Source: an uncultured delta proteobacterium (lineage in GTDB: Bacteria > Desulfobacterota > Syntrophorhabdia > Syntrophorhabdales > WCHB1-27). Taken from it: 64,000 bases of DNA. A model generated the notes under the pieces. It did not search any database. It was not told the origin of the DNA and saw nothing but the letters and a program-made list of their open reading frames with translations. Within the stretch, counting starts at the first letter, position 1. Each line of letters begins with the position of its first letter. Below, in pieces: positions 37,776 through 46,418 of this stretch. The translations under genes were made by a program, and so were the position numbers. The stretch spans positions 239,742-303,741 of the forward strand of contig CAWGRP010000019.1 in NCBI GenBank assembly GCA_963825005.1, given 5' to 3'.

Positions 37776-37828
37776 TACAAGTAGTTTTCGAAGCCTGGCG
37801 AAAAGTCGGGCACGAGTAGGAGGATTGA

Positions 37829-39457
37829 ATGGGAGTTGCAAAATATACTAAGGATGAGAAAGATCAGATAGTCGATGTGACGCTTCAGTCGGGCATCCAT
37901 GTGAAGCCGCTCTACGGGCCCGAGGATCTGGAAAAGATCGGTTTTTCCTATGAGCGCGATCTCGCGGACCCCGGCACGTATCCGTTTACGAGGGGCATAC
38001 ACCGTCAAGGGTATCGCAGCCGCGCCTGGACAACGAGGCAGTACACGGGCTTCGGCACACCCTACGAGACGAATGAACGGTTCAAGCTGATGATCGCGCA
38101 TGGTCAGACCGGATTGAATGTGGCGTTCGATCTGCCTACCCAAATGGGCTATGACTCCGACGACCCGATCGCCGAAGGCGAAGTAGGCCGCGTAGGGATG
38201 GCAGTCGACTCGCTCAGGGATTTTGAAGTGGCATTCAAAGATATCAACCTGGCGAAGATAGGATCAGGGCTGACGATCAATGCGGTAGCATCCATCATGC
38301 TCGCGATGTACCAGGCTGTTGCCGAGAAATTCGGTTATAGTCGCGACGCAATATCGGCCACACCGCAGAATGATATCCTGAAAGAGATGATCGGACGCGG
38401 CTCGTGGATCTTCCCGGTAGAACCGGCGGTGAAGCTGATCGGCGACACCATTGAATATTCGATTGAGGCCCTTCCTCGCACAAACCCGGTCAGCGTCTGC
38501 GGCTACCACATCAGGGAATCGGGGGCAACGCCCGCGCAGGAGATCGGATACGCCATACTGATCGCCAACGCGTACATAGACAATGTGATCGCCAGAGGCT
38601 ACGACGTGGATGCGTTTGTCGGCCGCTTCTCTTTCAACTTCAACGTGTTCGGCAATATCTGGGAACAGGTGGCGAAATTCAGGGCAGGACGCAAACTCTG
38701 GGCGAGAAATCTCAAGGAAAAATACGGCGTCAAGAAAGATTCGAACATGTACTTACGGGGCCTCTTCGGCGGCGGAGGATACGGCCTCACGAAAGCTCAG
38801 CCCGAGAACAACATCATGCGCGGAGCCTATTACGCGCTTTCTGCCGCGCTCGCAGGAGCGCAGACTATAGCGCTCTGCAGCTATGATGAAGCCTACACCA
38901 TACCGACGCCGCATTCAGCCATCATTTCTCTGCGCACGCTGCAGCTTCTCATGGATGAGATAGGCCTGCGCGACACAGTCGATCCTCTGGCCGGAAGCTA
39001 CTTCATAGAGACGCTCACCAAAGAGATGGAGCAGAAGATCGAAGAAGAGATGGCTCAGATAGAGAAAGCGGGAGGAATCACACAGGCTGTGGCGACCGGT
39101 TACATTCAGAGGCTGGTTGCACGACAGGCCTACGAGTTCGAGAAAGGCATCCAATCAGGAGAGCTCCTCAAGGTCGGCGTGAACATCTATACCGACGAAC
39201 AACCGATGGACGTCGAACTGCACGAATACAACTGGGAATCGGCGGAAAAGCAGATGGAAGGGCTCAAGCAGGTGAAGCGGGAGAGGAATAACCGGGAAGT
39301 AACGCGCACGCTTGCAGCGCTGGAGCAGGCAACAAAAGAGGGTAAGAACGTCATGCCTTATCTCGTGGAATGCTGCAAAGCGTATGCAACGGTCGGCGAA
39401 ATGACGTCGATCTTCAGAAACATCTACGGAGAATTCGACGAGCCGAGTCTGTTCTGA
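37829..39457 (+). CDS. Methylmalonyl-CoA-mutase-family large (catalytic) subunit
   Basis: YPFTRGIH..GYRSRAWTTRQYTGFGTPYETNERFK....GQTGLNVAFDLPTQMGYDSDDPIAEGEVGRVGMAVDSL. Confidence 0.9.
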   Translation: MGVAKYTKDEKDQIVDVTLQSGIHVKPLYGPEDLEKIGFSYERDLADPGTYPFTRGIHRQGYRSRAWTTRQYTGFGTPYETNERFKLMIAHGQTGLNVAFDLPTQMGYDSDDPIAEGEVGRVGMAVDSLRDFEVAFKDINLAKIGSGLTINAVASIMLAMYQAVAEKFGYSRDAISATPQNDILKEMIGRGSWIFPVEPAVKLIGDTIEYSIEALPRTNPVSVCGYHIRESGATPAQEIGYAILIANAYIDNVIARGYDVDAFVGRFSFNFNVFGNIWEQVAKFRAGRKLWARNLKEKYGVKKDSNMYLRGLFGGGGYGLTKAQPENNIMRGAYYALSAALAGAQTIALCSYDEAYTIPTPHSAIISLRTLQLLMDEIGLRDTVDPLAGSYFIETLTKEMEQKIEEEMAQIEKAGGITQAVATGYIQRLVARQAYEFEKGIQSGELLKVGVNIYTDEQPMDVELHEYNWESAEKQMEGLKQVKRERNNREVTRTLAALEQATKEGKNVMPYLVECCKAYATVGEMTSIFRNIYGEFDEPSLF

Positions 39458-39463
39458 GAACTA

Positions 39464-39491
39464 CAGGGTCCAGGGTCCAGGGTCCAGGGTC
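39464..39491. repeat. Tandem heptamer array (CAGGGTC)x4
   Basis: Read directly from the sequence. It sits just after the mutase stop and is followed by GCTAGTAA/GCTGGCAA word repeats up to about 39570. Confidence 0.8.
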
Positions 39492-39575
39492 CGGGAATAG
39501 AAGAAGAAAGTATTAAGCTGGCAAGCCGGATAGCTAGTAAGCTAGTAAGCTGGCAAGCTAAGAGCTGAGGGCTGA

Positions 39576-40013
39576 ATGAAAATTCAAAAGATCGACCACA
39601 TCTGTTTTGCGGTAAAGGACCTCGAAAGAACAAAACAGATGTACAGCGATAACTTCGGTCTCCTGCCGGAAGTGGAGTACGTCGCCGAAGCGGAGCACAT
39701 AAAGGTGGCTCGTTACTACATCGGCGATGTGGCTGTGGAGCTGATGGAATCTACATCACCGGAGGGAGAGGTAGCAAAATTCATCAAGAAGAGAGGTGAG
39801 GGCGTCTTTCTCATCTCTTATAGGGTGGACGATCTCAAAGCGGCATTGACCGAACTCAAGGCGAAAGGTGCAGACCTGATCGATCAGGAACCGAGGGAGC
39901 TATTCGGCAATCGCTATGCATTCGTGCAGCGGCCGGACAAGCTTTGCGGCGTGCTCACCGAGCTTCTCGATGGAGAATTCGACAAGAGCAAAGTTCCGTT
40001 ACTGAAGAAGTAG
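39576..40013 (+). CDS. Methylmalonyl-CoA epimerase (VOC/glyoxalase-fold)
   Basis: MKIQKIDHICFAVKDLE...VELMESTSPEG.V.KFI.KRGEG..H..Y.V.D. Supported by the genomic context with the mutase. Confidence 0.8.
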   Translation: MKIQKIDHICFAVKDLERTKQMYSDNFGLLPEVEYVAEAEHIKVARYYIGDVAVELMESTSPEGEVAKFIKKRGEGVFLISYRVDDLKAALTELKAKGADLIDQEPRELFGNRYAFVQRPDKLCGVLTELLDGEFDKSKVPLLKK

Positions 40014-40072
40014 TTGATGTGTTTGCGGAAAAAGCATCGCACAAAAAAATTTGAACCGGCAAGGGGGTTACC

Positions 40073-41215
40073 ATGCGCGCGCTAGTGGTCGGCGGAACGG
40101 GAGGTATGGGTCAGGGTGTCGCCCGGGACCTCATCAAACAGGAGCAGATCAAGGACGTCATTCTGGGTGATATAAATATAGATCAGTCTCGCGTGCAGGA
40201 TAAGCTGCGCGATAGCAAAAAAGTATCGCTCAAGAAGATCGATGTAAACGATCATGGCGGCATGGTGGACGCAATCCGCGGGGCTGACGTTGTCATCAAC
40301 TGCGCAGGGCCATTCTACAAGACTGCGGTGGCGGTTGCCAGAGCGGCAATCGATGCGAAGGTCAACTACATAGATATTTGCGACGACTACGAAGCGACTG
40401 ACATTCTTTTCGCTTCTGACATTAATGATGCGGCCAGGAAAGCAGGGATCACCGTGCTGACGGGCATGGGATCGGATCCGGGAACCAACAACGTAATAGT
40501 CAAATGGTATGCGGATCATCTGGATAGCGTGGACGAGATTGCTTTGTTCTGGGTGGTGAGTATAGCCGAGCTCCGGGGCGCAGCCTGGGATCATGGCCTC
40601 CATATGATCATAGGTAAGATCCCCCAGTACCTGGATGGTAAACTGGAATATGTGGAAGGGGGAACCGGCGAGGAGACGGCGAAATTTCTCGAACCCCTGG
40701 GCGTCTGTGAGGTTCGCTACGTGGGTCATCCTCAGCCGCTCACGATACCCCGCTATATACCGGGTGTAAAAAGTGTTGTTATCAAGGGTGCCCTTATCCC
40801 GCTATGGGTGGACCAGCTGATTAAGGAGCAGAAAGAGACAGGCTTTCTCGGTAAAGAGCCGGTAGACGTGAAGGGTGCGCAGGTGACACCCTATGATCTG
40901 ACCCTGCGGCTCTGGGAAACTATTCCGATCGGCAGGGATAACGGGCCCGCAGCCTCCGGTCTCAAGGTCATCGTAAGAGGTAAGAGAAAAGGAGTGCAGG
41001 TAACCTACACCGCAGACATAGTGGGCAGGATGGCGCCCGGGACGGGTCTTCCCGCCTCTATCGCGGCTCTCATGATGGATGCGGGCGATGTCAAGGCGAA
41101 GGGCGTGGTGGCCCCGGAAGGCTGTATCGATCCCGGGAAATTCCTTACCGCATTGCTCCAGAGGGGTGCAAGGATACATCAAACGGAAACGATAACGTCC
41201 ATGCTCAGTGTGTAG
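40073..41215 (+). CDS. Saccharopine-dehydrogenase-family NAD(P)-binding protein
   Basis: Rossmann N-terminus ALVVGGTGGMGQGVARDL and ..VVINCAGPFYKT...YIDICDD. Confidence 0.75.
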   Translation: MRALVVGGTGGMGQGVARDLIKQEQIKDVILGDINIDQSRVQDKLRDSKKVSLKKIDVNDHGGMVDAIRGADVVINCAGPFYKTAVAVARAAIDAKVNYIDICDDYEATDILFASDINDAARKAGITVLTGMGSDPGTNNVIVKWYADHLDSVDEIALFWVVSIAELRGAAWDHGLHMIIGKIPQYLDGKLEYVEGGTGEETAKFLEPLGVCEVRYVGHPQPLTIPRYIPGVKSVVIKGALIPLWVDQLIKEQKETGFLGKEPVDVKGAQVTPYDLTLRLWETIPIGRDNGPAASGLKVIVRGKRKGVQVTYTADIVGRMAPGTGLPASIAALMMDAGDVKAKGVVAPEGCIDPGKFLTALLQRGARIHQTETITSMLSV

Positions 41216-41260
41216 TGGCCGGTGAATTTGTTAAACGTTTTATGAAAAAGGAAATGAAAA

Positions 41261-41488
41261 TTCTACCACAGAGGCACAGAGGGCACAGAGAAGTGCTCCA
41301 CGGAGAAAGAATAATTTCGTGTCCGGAACAGTGGAGATTCTGTTCCGGACACACACCGACGCTCCGCGTAGGTGTAGTAAGTACCTGTGCCCCGCAGGGG
41401 TGCAGGTGACCGGATATGGCCGTCTCCCCATATCCGGTCAGAAACTACTTAAGGCTTTCCTCTGTGTCCTCTGTGCCTCCGTGGTGAA
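41261..41488 (+). repeat. Family-2 repeat, copy 2
   Basis: Same orientation as copy 1 and collinear with it. Confidence 0.85.
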
Positions 41489-41526
41489 TGAAAATAACTG
41501 ACATGCCTTAGTCAAAGGAGCATGCT

Positions 41527-42786
41527 ATGAAAAGTGCTGAGAAACTGAACATTACACGAAGCCTCAAATTCTTCGACGATGCAACGAAACTGGTTCCCGG
41601 CGGAGTGCTCGGCGCCCGCAAGCCGGGCGATTTTATTCAGGGGGAATACCCGATATTTCTTGAATTCGGCAAGGGCGCCCATTTGACCGATGTTGACGGC
41701 AATGAGTTCATCGATTTCCTCTGCGGCTACGGCCCGATTATCCTGGGCTATAGAGAAGACGAGGTCGATGATGCCGTGATCAGGCAGATAAAAGAGAAGG
41801 GCTTCTGCTTTACCCTGACGCAGCCCTACCAGAATCAGCTCGCGCAAAGACTGACCGAACTCGTTCCCTGTTCGGAGATGACCATCTTTCTGAAGACCGG
41901 GTCGGACGCCACGACGGCGAGCGTCCGCATTGCACGTGCATTTACGAACCGCATCAAGGTGATGCGTTGCGGCTACCACGGGTGGCATGACTGGTCAGTA
42001 GAGATGAAGGGGGGCATTCCGGCGAAGCTGTACGAAGATGTGTACGAGTTCCGTTACAACAAGCTCGATCAGCTCGAAGAGCTGATGACAAAGCACGGCA
42101 CTGAGACCGCCGCCATCATCATGACTCCCTTCGGCCATCCGAACCATCAGAAAATGGAAGAGCCGAAACCCGGATTCCTGGAAGGGGTGAGGGCGATCGC
42201 CGACAGGTACGGAGCCGTTCTGGTCTACGATGAGATCCGCACCAACTTCAGGCTCAGCATGGGCGGCGCGCAAAAGCTCTATGGCGTCACTCCGGACCTG
42301 TCAGTCCTGGGGAAGGGCATGGCCAACGGCTACGCCATAAGCGCCGTCACCGGGAAAAGAGACGTTATGATGGCTGCAGCAAGCAAGCTTTTCATTTCTT
42401 CCACCTTCTTCCCCAACAGTGACGGTTACATCGCCGCGCTCAAGACGCTTGAGATCCTGGAGCGTGAGAAGGTAATTGACAATATATGGGAGAAAGGCGG
42501 CCGGTTCCTGCAGAAAATAAGGGCTATCATCGACAAATATGATGCTGCCGGAGCCGAACTGACCGGTGTTGCGCCCATGTTTTACATTACCTTCAAGAAG
42601 GATGAAGCCGATACGCACAAGGCCAGGCGTGATGCGTTCTACACGCAGCTCATCCGCAGGGGCATCTTCCTGCACCCGCACCACCATGGGTATATCTGTT
42701 ACAGGCACACCGAGAAGGATCTCGATACGACCATCGCGGCAATAGACGAATCCATGGCCTACGTGCAGGAAACGTACGCCAAGTGA
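41527..42786 (+). CDS. Class-III (GSA-aminomutase-like) PLP-dependent aminotransferase
   Basis: ..VPGGV.......G.YP.F...GKGAHL.DVDGNEFIDF..GYGP.ILGY, GSDAT..A.R.AR, and the PLP-Lys context VLGKGMANGY. Confidence 0.85.
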   Translation: MKSAEKLNITRSLKFFDDATKLVPGGVLGARKPGDFIQGEYPIFLEFGKGAHLTDVDGNEFIDFLCGYGPIILGYREDEVDDAVIRQIKEKGFCFTLTQPYQNQLAQRLTELVPCSEMTIFLKTGSDATTASVRIARAFTNRIKVMRCGYHGWHDWSVEMKGGIPAKLYEDVYEFRYNKLDQLEELMTKHGTETAAIIMTPFGHPNHQKMEEPKPGFLEGVRAIADRYGAVLVYDEIRTNFRLSMGGAQKLYGVTPDLSVLGKGMANGYAISAVTGKRDVMMAAASKLFISSTFFPNSDGYIAALKTLEILEREKVIDNIWEKGGRFLQKIRAIIDKYDAAGAELTGVAPMFYITFKKDEADTHKARRDAFYTQLIRRGIFLHPHHHGYICYRHTEKDLDTTIAAIDESMAYVQETYAK

Positions 42787-42789
42787 CCA

Positions 42790-43030
42790 GAGGGAAGACC
42801 GCCGCGGGCTAGGAAGATCGTTCGCGATGCTCACTAGGAAGACCGCCTTCGGCTAGGAAGATGGAAGAGAGAAACCTATATCTACTGAGACGGTACCAGC
42901 GGATGTTCGCTTTTGCTTCCTAGTCACGCCAAGGCGTGACGGTCTTCCTGGCGCGTAGCGCGATCTTCCCCCCTTCGGGGACTTCGCCTCTTCCTAGCCC
43001 TCCAGGTCCCCGCAAGGGGGGCAGCGGTCT
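42790..43030. repeat. Family-3 word repeat element, copy 1
   Basis: Multiple CTAGGAAGA(C/T)CG words in both orientations around the core GGAAGAGAGAAACCTATATCTACTG..ACCAGCGGATGTTCGCTTTTGCTTCCTAGTCACGCC. Collinear with 49056-49298. Confidence 0.8.
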
Positions 43031-43095
43031 TTTTCCATTTGACATCGGATATTGGTTCTATCTATAATAGGTCAGACCTATTAGCGGAGGTGTCT

Positions 43096-44262
43096 ATGAG
43101 CGGCTATCACAAAAGGGATTTTGACAATTTCCCGATGCATACGATCACAAGGGTCGACCGGCCCACGACGATCATACATGACAACGAGGTAAAGAGAGTC
43201 GATGAGCGCGACAGCGGCTTCAATAAAGCATCCGCGGGCCTGTACGGTCCCATCCTAGCCAAGGAGAGACCGCGCTTCGTCATGAAGCATCCCCTCTCAG
43301 GGGCACTCGGACAGATGCAGCTTTTTCTCAGGGATATCGTCGACGGCATGGTGGCGAAGCAAAAGGCTCCGATCCCGGAAGATCCTTCGATTCTGGCTCG
43401 CCACATCAAGGAGACGGCCTACTTCTTGAGGTCGGATGCCGTCGGTATCTGCGAGCTTCCCCCGTATGCAGTCTACACCCACAGCTTTCCTGACGGCGAG
43501 CCGGTGGAGTGCAATCACAAATATGCCATAGGCATTCTTATCGATCAGGACTATAGAACATCACATGCCACGAACGGTCATAACTGGATCAGCAACTCGA
43601 TGAGCTTCGTAGCCTATTCCGCATCCGGTTTTATCGCGTGTATTCTCGCCGAGTATATCCGGAGACTCGGTTATCCTGCAAGGGCGCATCACGCCCGTAA
43701 CTATCAGGTAGTCGTCCCCCCGATCCTTCTGTGGGCAGGCCTGGGCGAGATGAGCCGGATCGGCGACAGTGTGCTCCATCCTTTCATGGGGCCCCGTTTC
43801 AAGGCAGCGGTTGTGACGACCGATCTGCCCATGGCTATCGACAAGCCGATCGATTTCGGATTGCAGGATTTTTGCTCCAAGTGTAAGAAGTGCGCCCGCG
43901 AATGCCCGTCCGGTGCGCTCACCGATGGCGGCAAAGAGATATACAACGGCTACGAACACTGGCCGAGTAACATTCGCAAATGCACTACCATGCGCGTGGG
44001 GAACCAGCACGGCTCGGGCTGCGGCACCTGTATCAAGGCCTGTCCCTGGAATAAGCCCTATACGCCGTTTCACCGCGCGGTGGGCTGGGCCATGCGCCAT
44101 TCAGGCGCAGCGCGAAGCCTCGCCATCTGGGGTGACGATCTGATGGGTTACGGCAAGGCCCATCCGGAGGAGCAGTGGTGGCTCGATCTCGAAGAGATCG
44201 ACGGGGTGGTGCAATTACCAAGGAAGCACACAGGCAAACATCTATGGGCAGCGGACGAATAA
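43096..44262 (+). CDS. Reductive-dehalogenase (RdhA)-family protein, cytoplasmic type with no Tat signal
   Basis: Two Fe-S motifs, CSKCKKCARECP and C..(x11)..CGTCIKACPW. The start MSGYHKRD at ATG 43096 follows GGAGG. The ORF track starts at 43039. Confidence 0.75.
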   Translation: MSGYHKRDFDNFPMHTITRVDRPTTIIHDNEVKRVDERDSGFNKASAGLYGPILAKERPRFVMKHPLSGALGQMQLFLRDIVDGMVAKQKAPIPEDPSILARHIKETAYFLRSDAVGICELPPYAVYTHSFPDGEPVECNHKYAIGILIDQDYRTSHATNGHNWISNSMSFVAYSASGFIACILAEYIRRLGYPARAHHARNYQVVVPPILLWAGLGEMSRIGDSVLHPFMGPRFKAAVVTTDLPMAIDKPIDFGLQDFCSKCKKCARECPSGALTDGGKEIYNGYEHWPSNIRKCTTMRVGNQHGSGCGTCIKACPWNKPYTPFHRAVGWAMRHSGAARSLAIWGDDLMGYGKAHPEEQWWLDLEEIDGVVQLPRKHTGKHLWAADE

Positions 44263-44329
44263 TAACGGTTCGTTCTGAACACCTTCGTTATCGAGCTTTC
44301 TGGTAATTAGATGGGGACGAATAATCAAT

Positions 44330-44597
44330 GGACAGCCGGAAGAACTTTCGTGGAACGAGCATCGCGGGAGGTCTGGGGACCCGGCAGCGGAGATGACTGG
44401 TGCCGCGTATCCGTATGGGCGCGGCACGACGCGTTCTGACTCCGAGGCTTGAGTAAACGTAAAGAGAATAGTTTGCGAAGTGCCAGAGGGCAAATGATCA
44501 TGGGCAACGTTCGCAATGAGCGTCGAAGGAGTCGGAGCGTAGCACGGGTCAGACCGGGAGCGCCTCGCTCGTGGAACGAACAGTCTTCCGGCTGGCC
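44330..44597 (+). repeat. Family-1 repeat, subtype 1, solitary copy C
   Basis: Collinear with B3 and with the reverse complement of A1. Confidence 0.85.
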
Positions 44598-44621
44598 ATT
44601 TCCTTAACCGAAGGGGTGTTG

Positions 44622-45377
44622 ATGTTCGAACCGCTTGAAAAGAGGCGCTACTCTGAACAGATTGCTCATCTGATCCGGCAGCGCATACTGACCGAGAATC
44701 TTGAGAACGGCGCAAAGCTTCCCGCAGAACGGCAGCTCGCCACGGAACTGGGCGTGAGCCGCTCCGTGGTCAGGGAGGCCCTGTGCATGCTTGATGTCTC
44801 TGGCTACGTGAGCATGAAGAAGGGGCCGGGCGGCGGTATATTCGTGTCGCAGGTCTACCATAAACCGATCAGTGATTCTCTGAAAAACCTCGCTGTTAAC
44901 GGCCAGATCACCGTGGATCATCTCTTTGACGTGCGCCTCCAGATCGAGCCGTTCATGGCGTATGACGCGGCCCGCCATGCAACGAAGGCACACATCAGAG
45001 GTCTGCAGGAGCTGATGGCTGAGGCACGTCAGTGCCTCGATGACGCAGCATCGCTGAAGCAGAAGAACATACTCTTTCACATCCTTCTCGGTGAAGCCTC
45101 GGCCAATCCGGTCTCTGAGATGTTCATGAAATCAATCGCGGAGATCCTCAACGACGTTGCTTACAAGTTTTTGGATCTCTCGTGCGAGCGCATTTTCTTT
45201 AACACACACGGAAAAATTCTGAAGCTCGTTGCCGACCGGAAGGCACGGGAGGCTATGAGACTGGTGAAGGAAGACATTCTCGACGTCAGAAAAAGGCTGA
45301 GCAGAGCCTTGAAAAAAGGCGACACGGTGCGGACCCTGTCGACCACTTCACTCACTAAGGGGGCTGAGATCGTATGA
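44622..45377 (+). CDS. GntR-family transcriptional regulator (FadR/FCD subfamily)
   Basis: wHTH LPAERQLATELGVSRSVVREAL plus a helical FCD-like C-terminal domain. ATG 44622; the ORF-track N-terminal extension runs into repeat C. Confidence 0.85.
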   Translation: MFEPLEKRRYSEQIAHLIRQRILTENLENGAKLPAERQLATELGVSRSVVREALCMLDVSGYVSMKKGPGGGIFVSQVYHKPISDSLKNLAVNGQITVDHLFDVRLQIEPFMAYDAARHATKAHIRGLQELMAEARQCLDDAASLKQKNILFHILLGEASANPVSEMFMKSIAEILNDVAYKFLDLSCERIFFNTHGKILKLVADRKAREAMRLVKEDILDVRKRLSRALKKGDTVRTLSTTSLTKGAEIV

Positions 45378-46396
45378 AAGATCGCGTCTGGTTACAACTG
45401 ATCGTCCTGACCTTTATCGCAAGCTTCGCATTCAGTGTGCATCCTGTTTTCGCTCAAGAGGTGATCACGCTCCGGTATGCGCATTTCATGCCGCCGCCTA
45501 CAGCACAGGCTATCAATTCAGCAGAGTGGTGCAAGGAGGTGGAGAAAAGGACCAACGGGAAAGTGAAGATAACCTTTTACCCGGGCTCCACCCTGATGCC
45601 TGCGCCCCAGACGTACGACTCGGTTGTAAAAGGGATCGCCGATATCGGCTGGTCCATCATGAGTTACACAAGGGGCAAATTCCCCCTCACCGAAGTGATC
45701 GATCTTCCTCTCGGCTACAAGAGCGGCTACGTTGCAACAAAGCTTATCAATGCCTATTACGACAAATTCAAACCGAAGGAGTTCGATGAGACAAAGGTGC
45801 TGTATCTCCATGCCCATGGCCCCGGCATCCTGACAACAAAGAAAGCCGTAAATAAACTTGATGACCTGAAGGGAATGAAGATACGGTCTACCGGCTTGAG
45901 CGCAAAAATAGTGCAGGCGCTCGGCGCGGCACCGGTCGGCTTGCCGATCACCGAAACGTATGACGCTCTTTCAAAAGGCGTGGCCGAGGGTGTGTTGATG
46001 CCGGTAGAAGGGCTTCACCAGTGGAAGCTTGCCGAGGTAACCAAATTCACAACGGAGAACTACGGCTCGGCCTACTCGACCGGCTTTTTCTGCGTCATGA
46101 ACAAGAGCAAGTGGAACGCTCTGCCTCCGGATATTCAGAAGACCATCGAGGCGATCAATCTGGAGTGGATAGAGAAGACAGGCAAGCTCTGGGATACCAT
46201 CGATGTTGAAGGCAAGGATTGGGCAATAAAGCAGGGGCACAAATTCATTCAGCTGCCGAAGGAAGAAGACGCGCGCTGGAGCGAGAGAATGCGTCCTATC
46301 CTGGATGACTACGTGAAAGCGATGAAGGAGAAAGGTCTGCCCGGAGAGCAGTCTTTGAAATTCTGCATGGATTATTTGAAGGCTAACCAGAAATAG
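45374..46396 (+). CDS. TRAP-transporter solute-binding protein (DctP family)
   Basis: Signal peptide, then LRYAHFMPP......W...VEK.TNGKVKITFYPG..L. No DctQ or DctM gene is present anywhere in the window. Confidence 0.8.
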   Translation: MKDRVWLQLIVLTFIASFAFSVHPVFAQEVITLRYAHFMPPPTAQAINSAEWCKEVEKRTNGKVKITFYPGSTLMPAPQTYDSVVKGIADIGWSIMSYTRGKFPLTEVIDLPLGYKSGYVATKLINAYYDKFKPKEFDETKVLYLHAHGPGILTTKKAVNKLDDLKGMKIRSTGLSAKIVQALGAAPVGLPITETYDALSKGVAEGVLMPVEGLHQWKLAEVTKFTTENYGSAYSTGFFCVMNKSKWNALPPDIQKTIEAINLEWIEKTGKLWDTIDVEGKDWAIKQGHKFIQLPKEEDARWSERMRPILDDYVKAMKEKGLPGEQSLKFCMDYLKANQK

Positions 46397-46418
46397 CGAT
46401 GTGAGGGAGGAGGAAGCT

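Noticed and set aside
37530-37784. ORFs such as 37530..37784, 37580..37774, 41215..41409 and 41319..41501, and the N-terminal extensions of 36961..37509 and 49633..50778.
   Set aside because: They are encoded by family-2 or family-4 repeats, or by the tandem repeat at 49609-49871. The real genes start downstream at sites with Shine-Dalgarno sequences.
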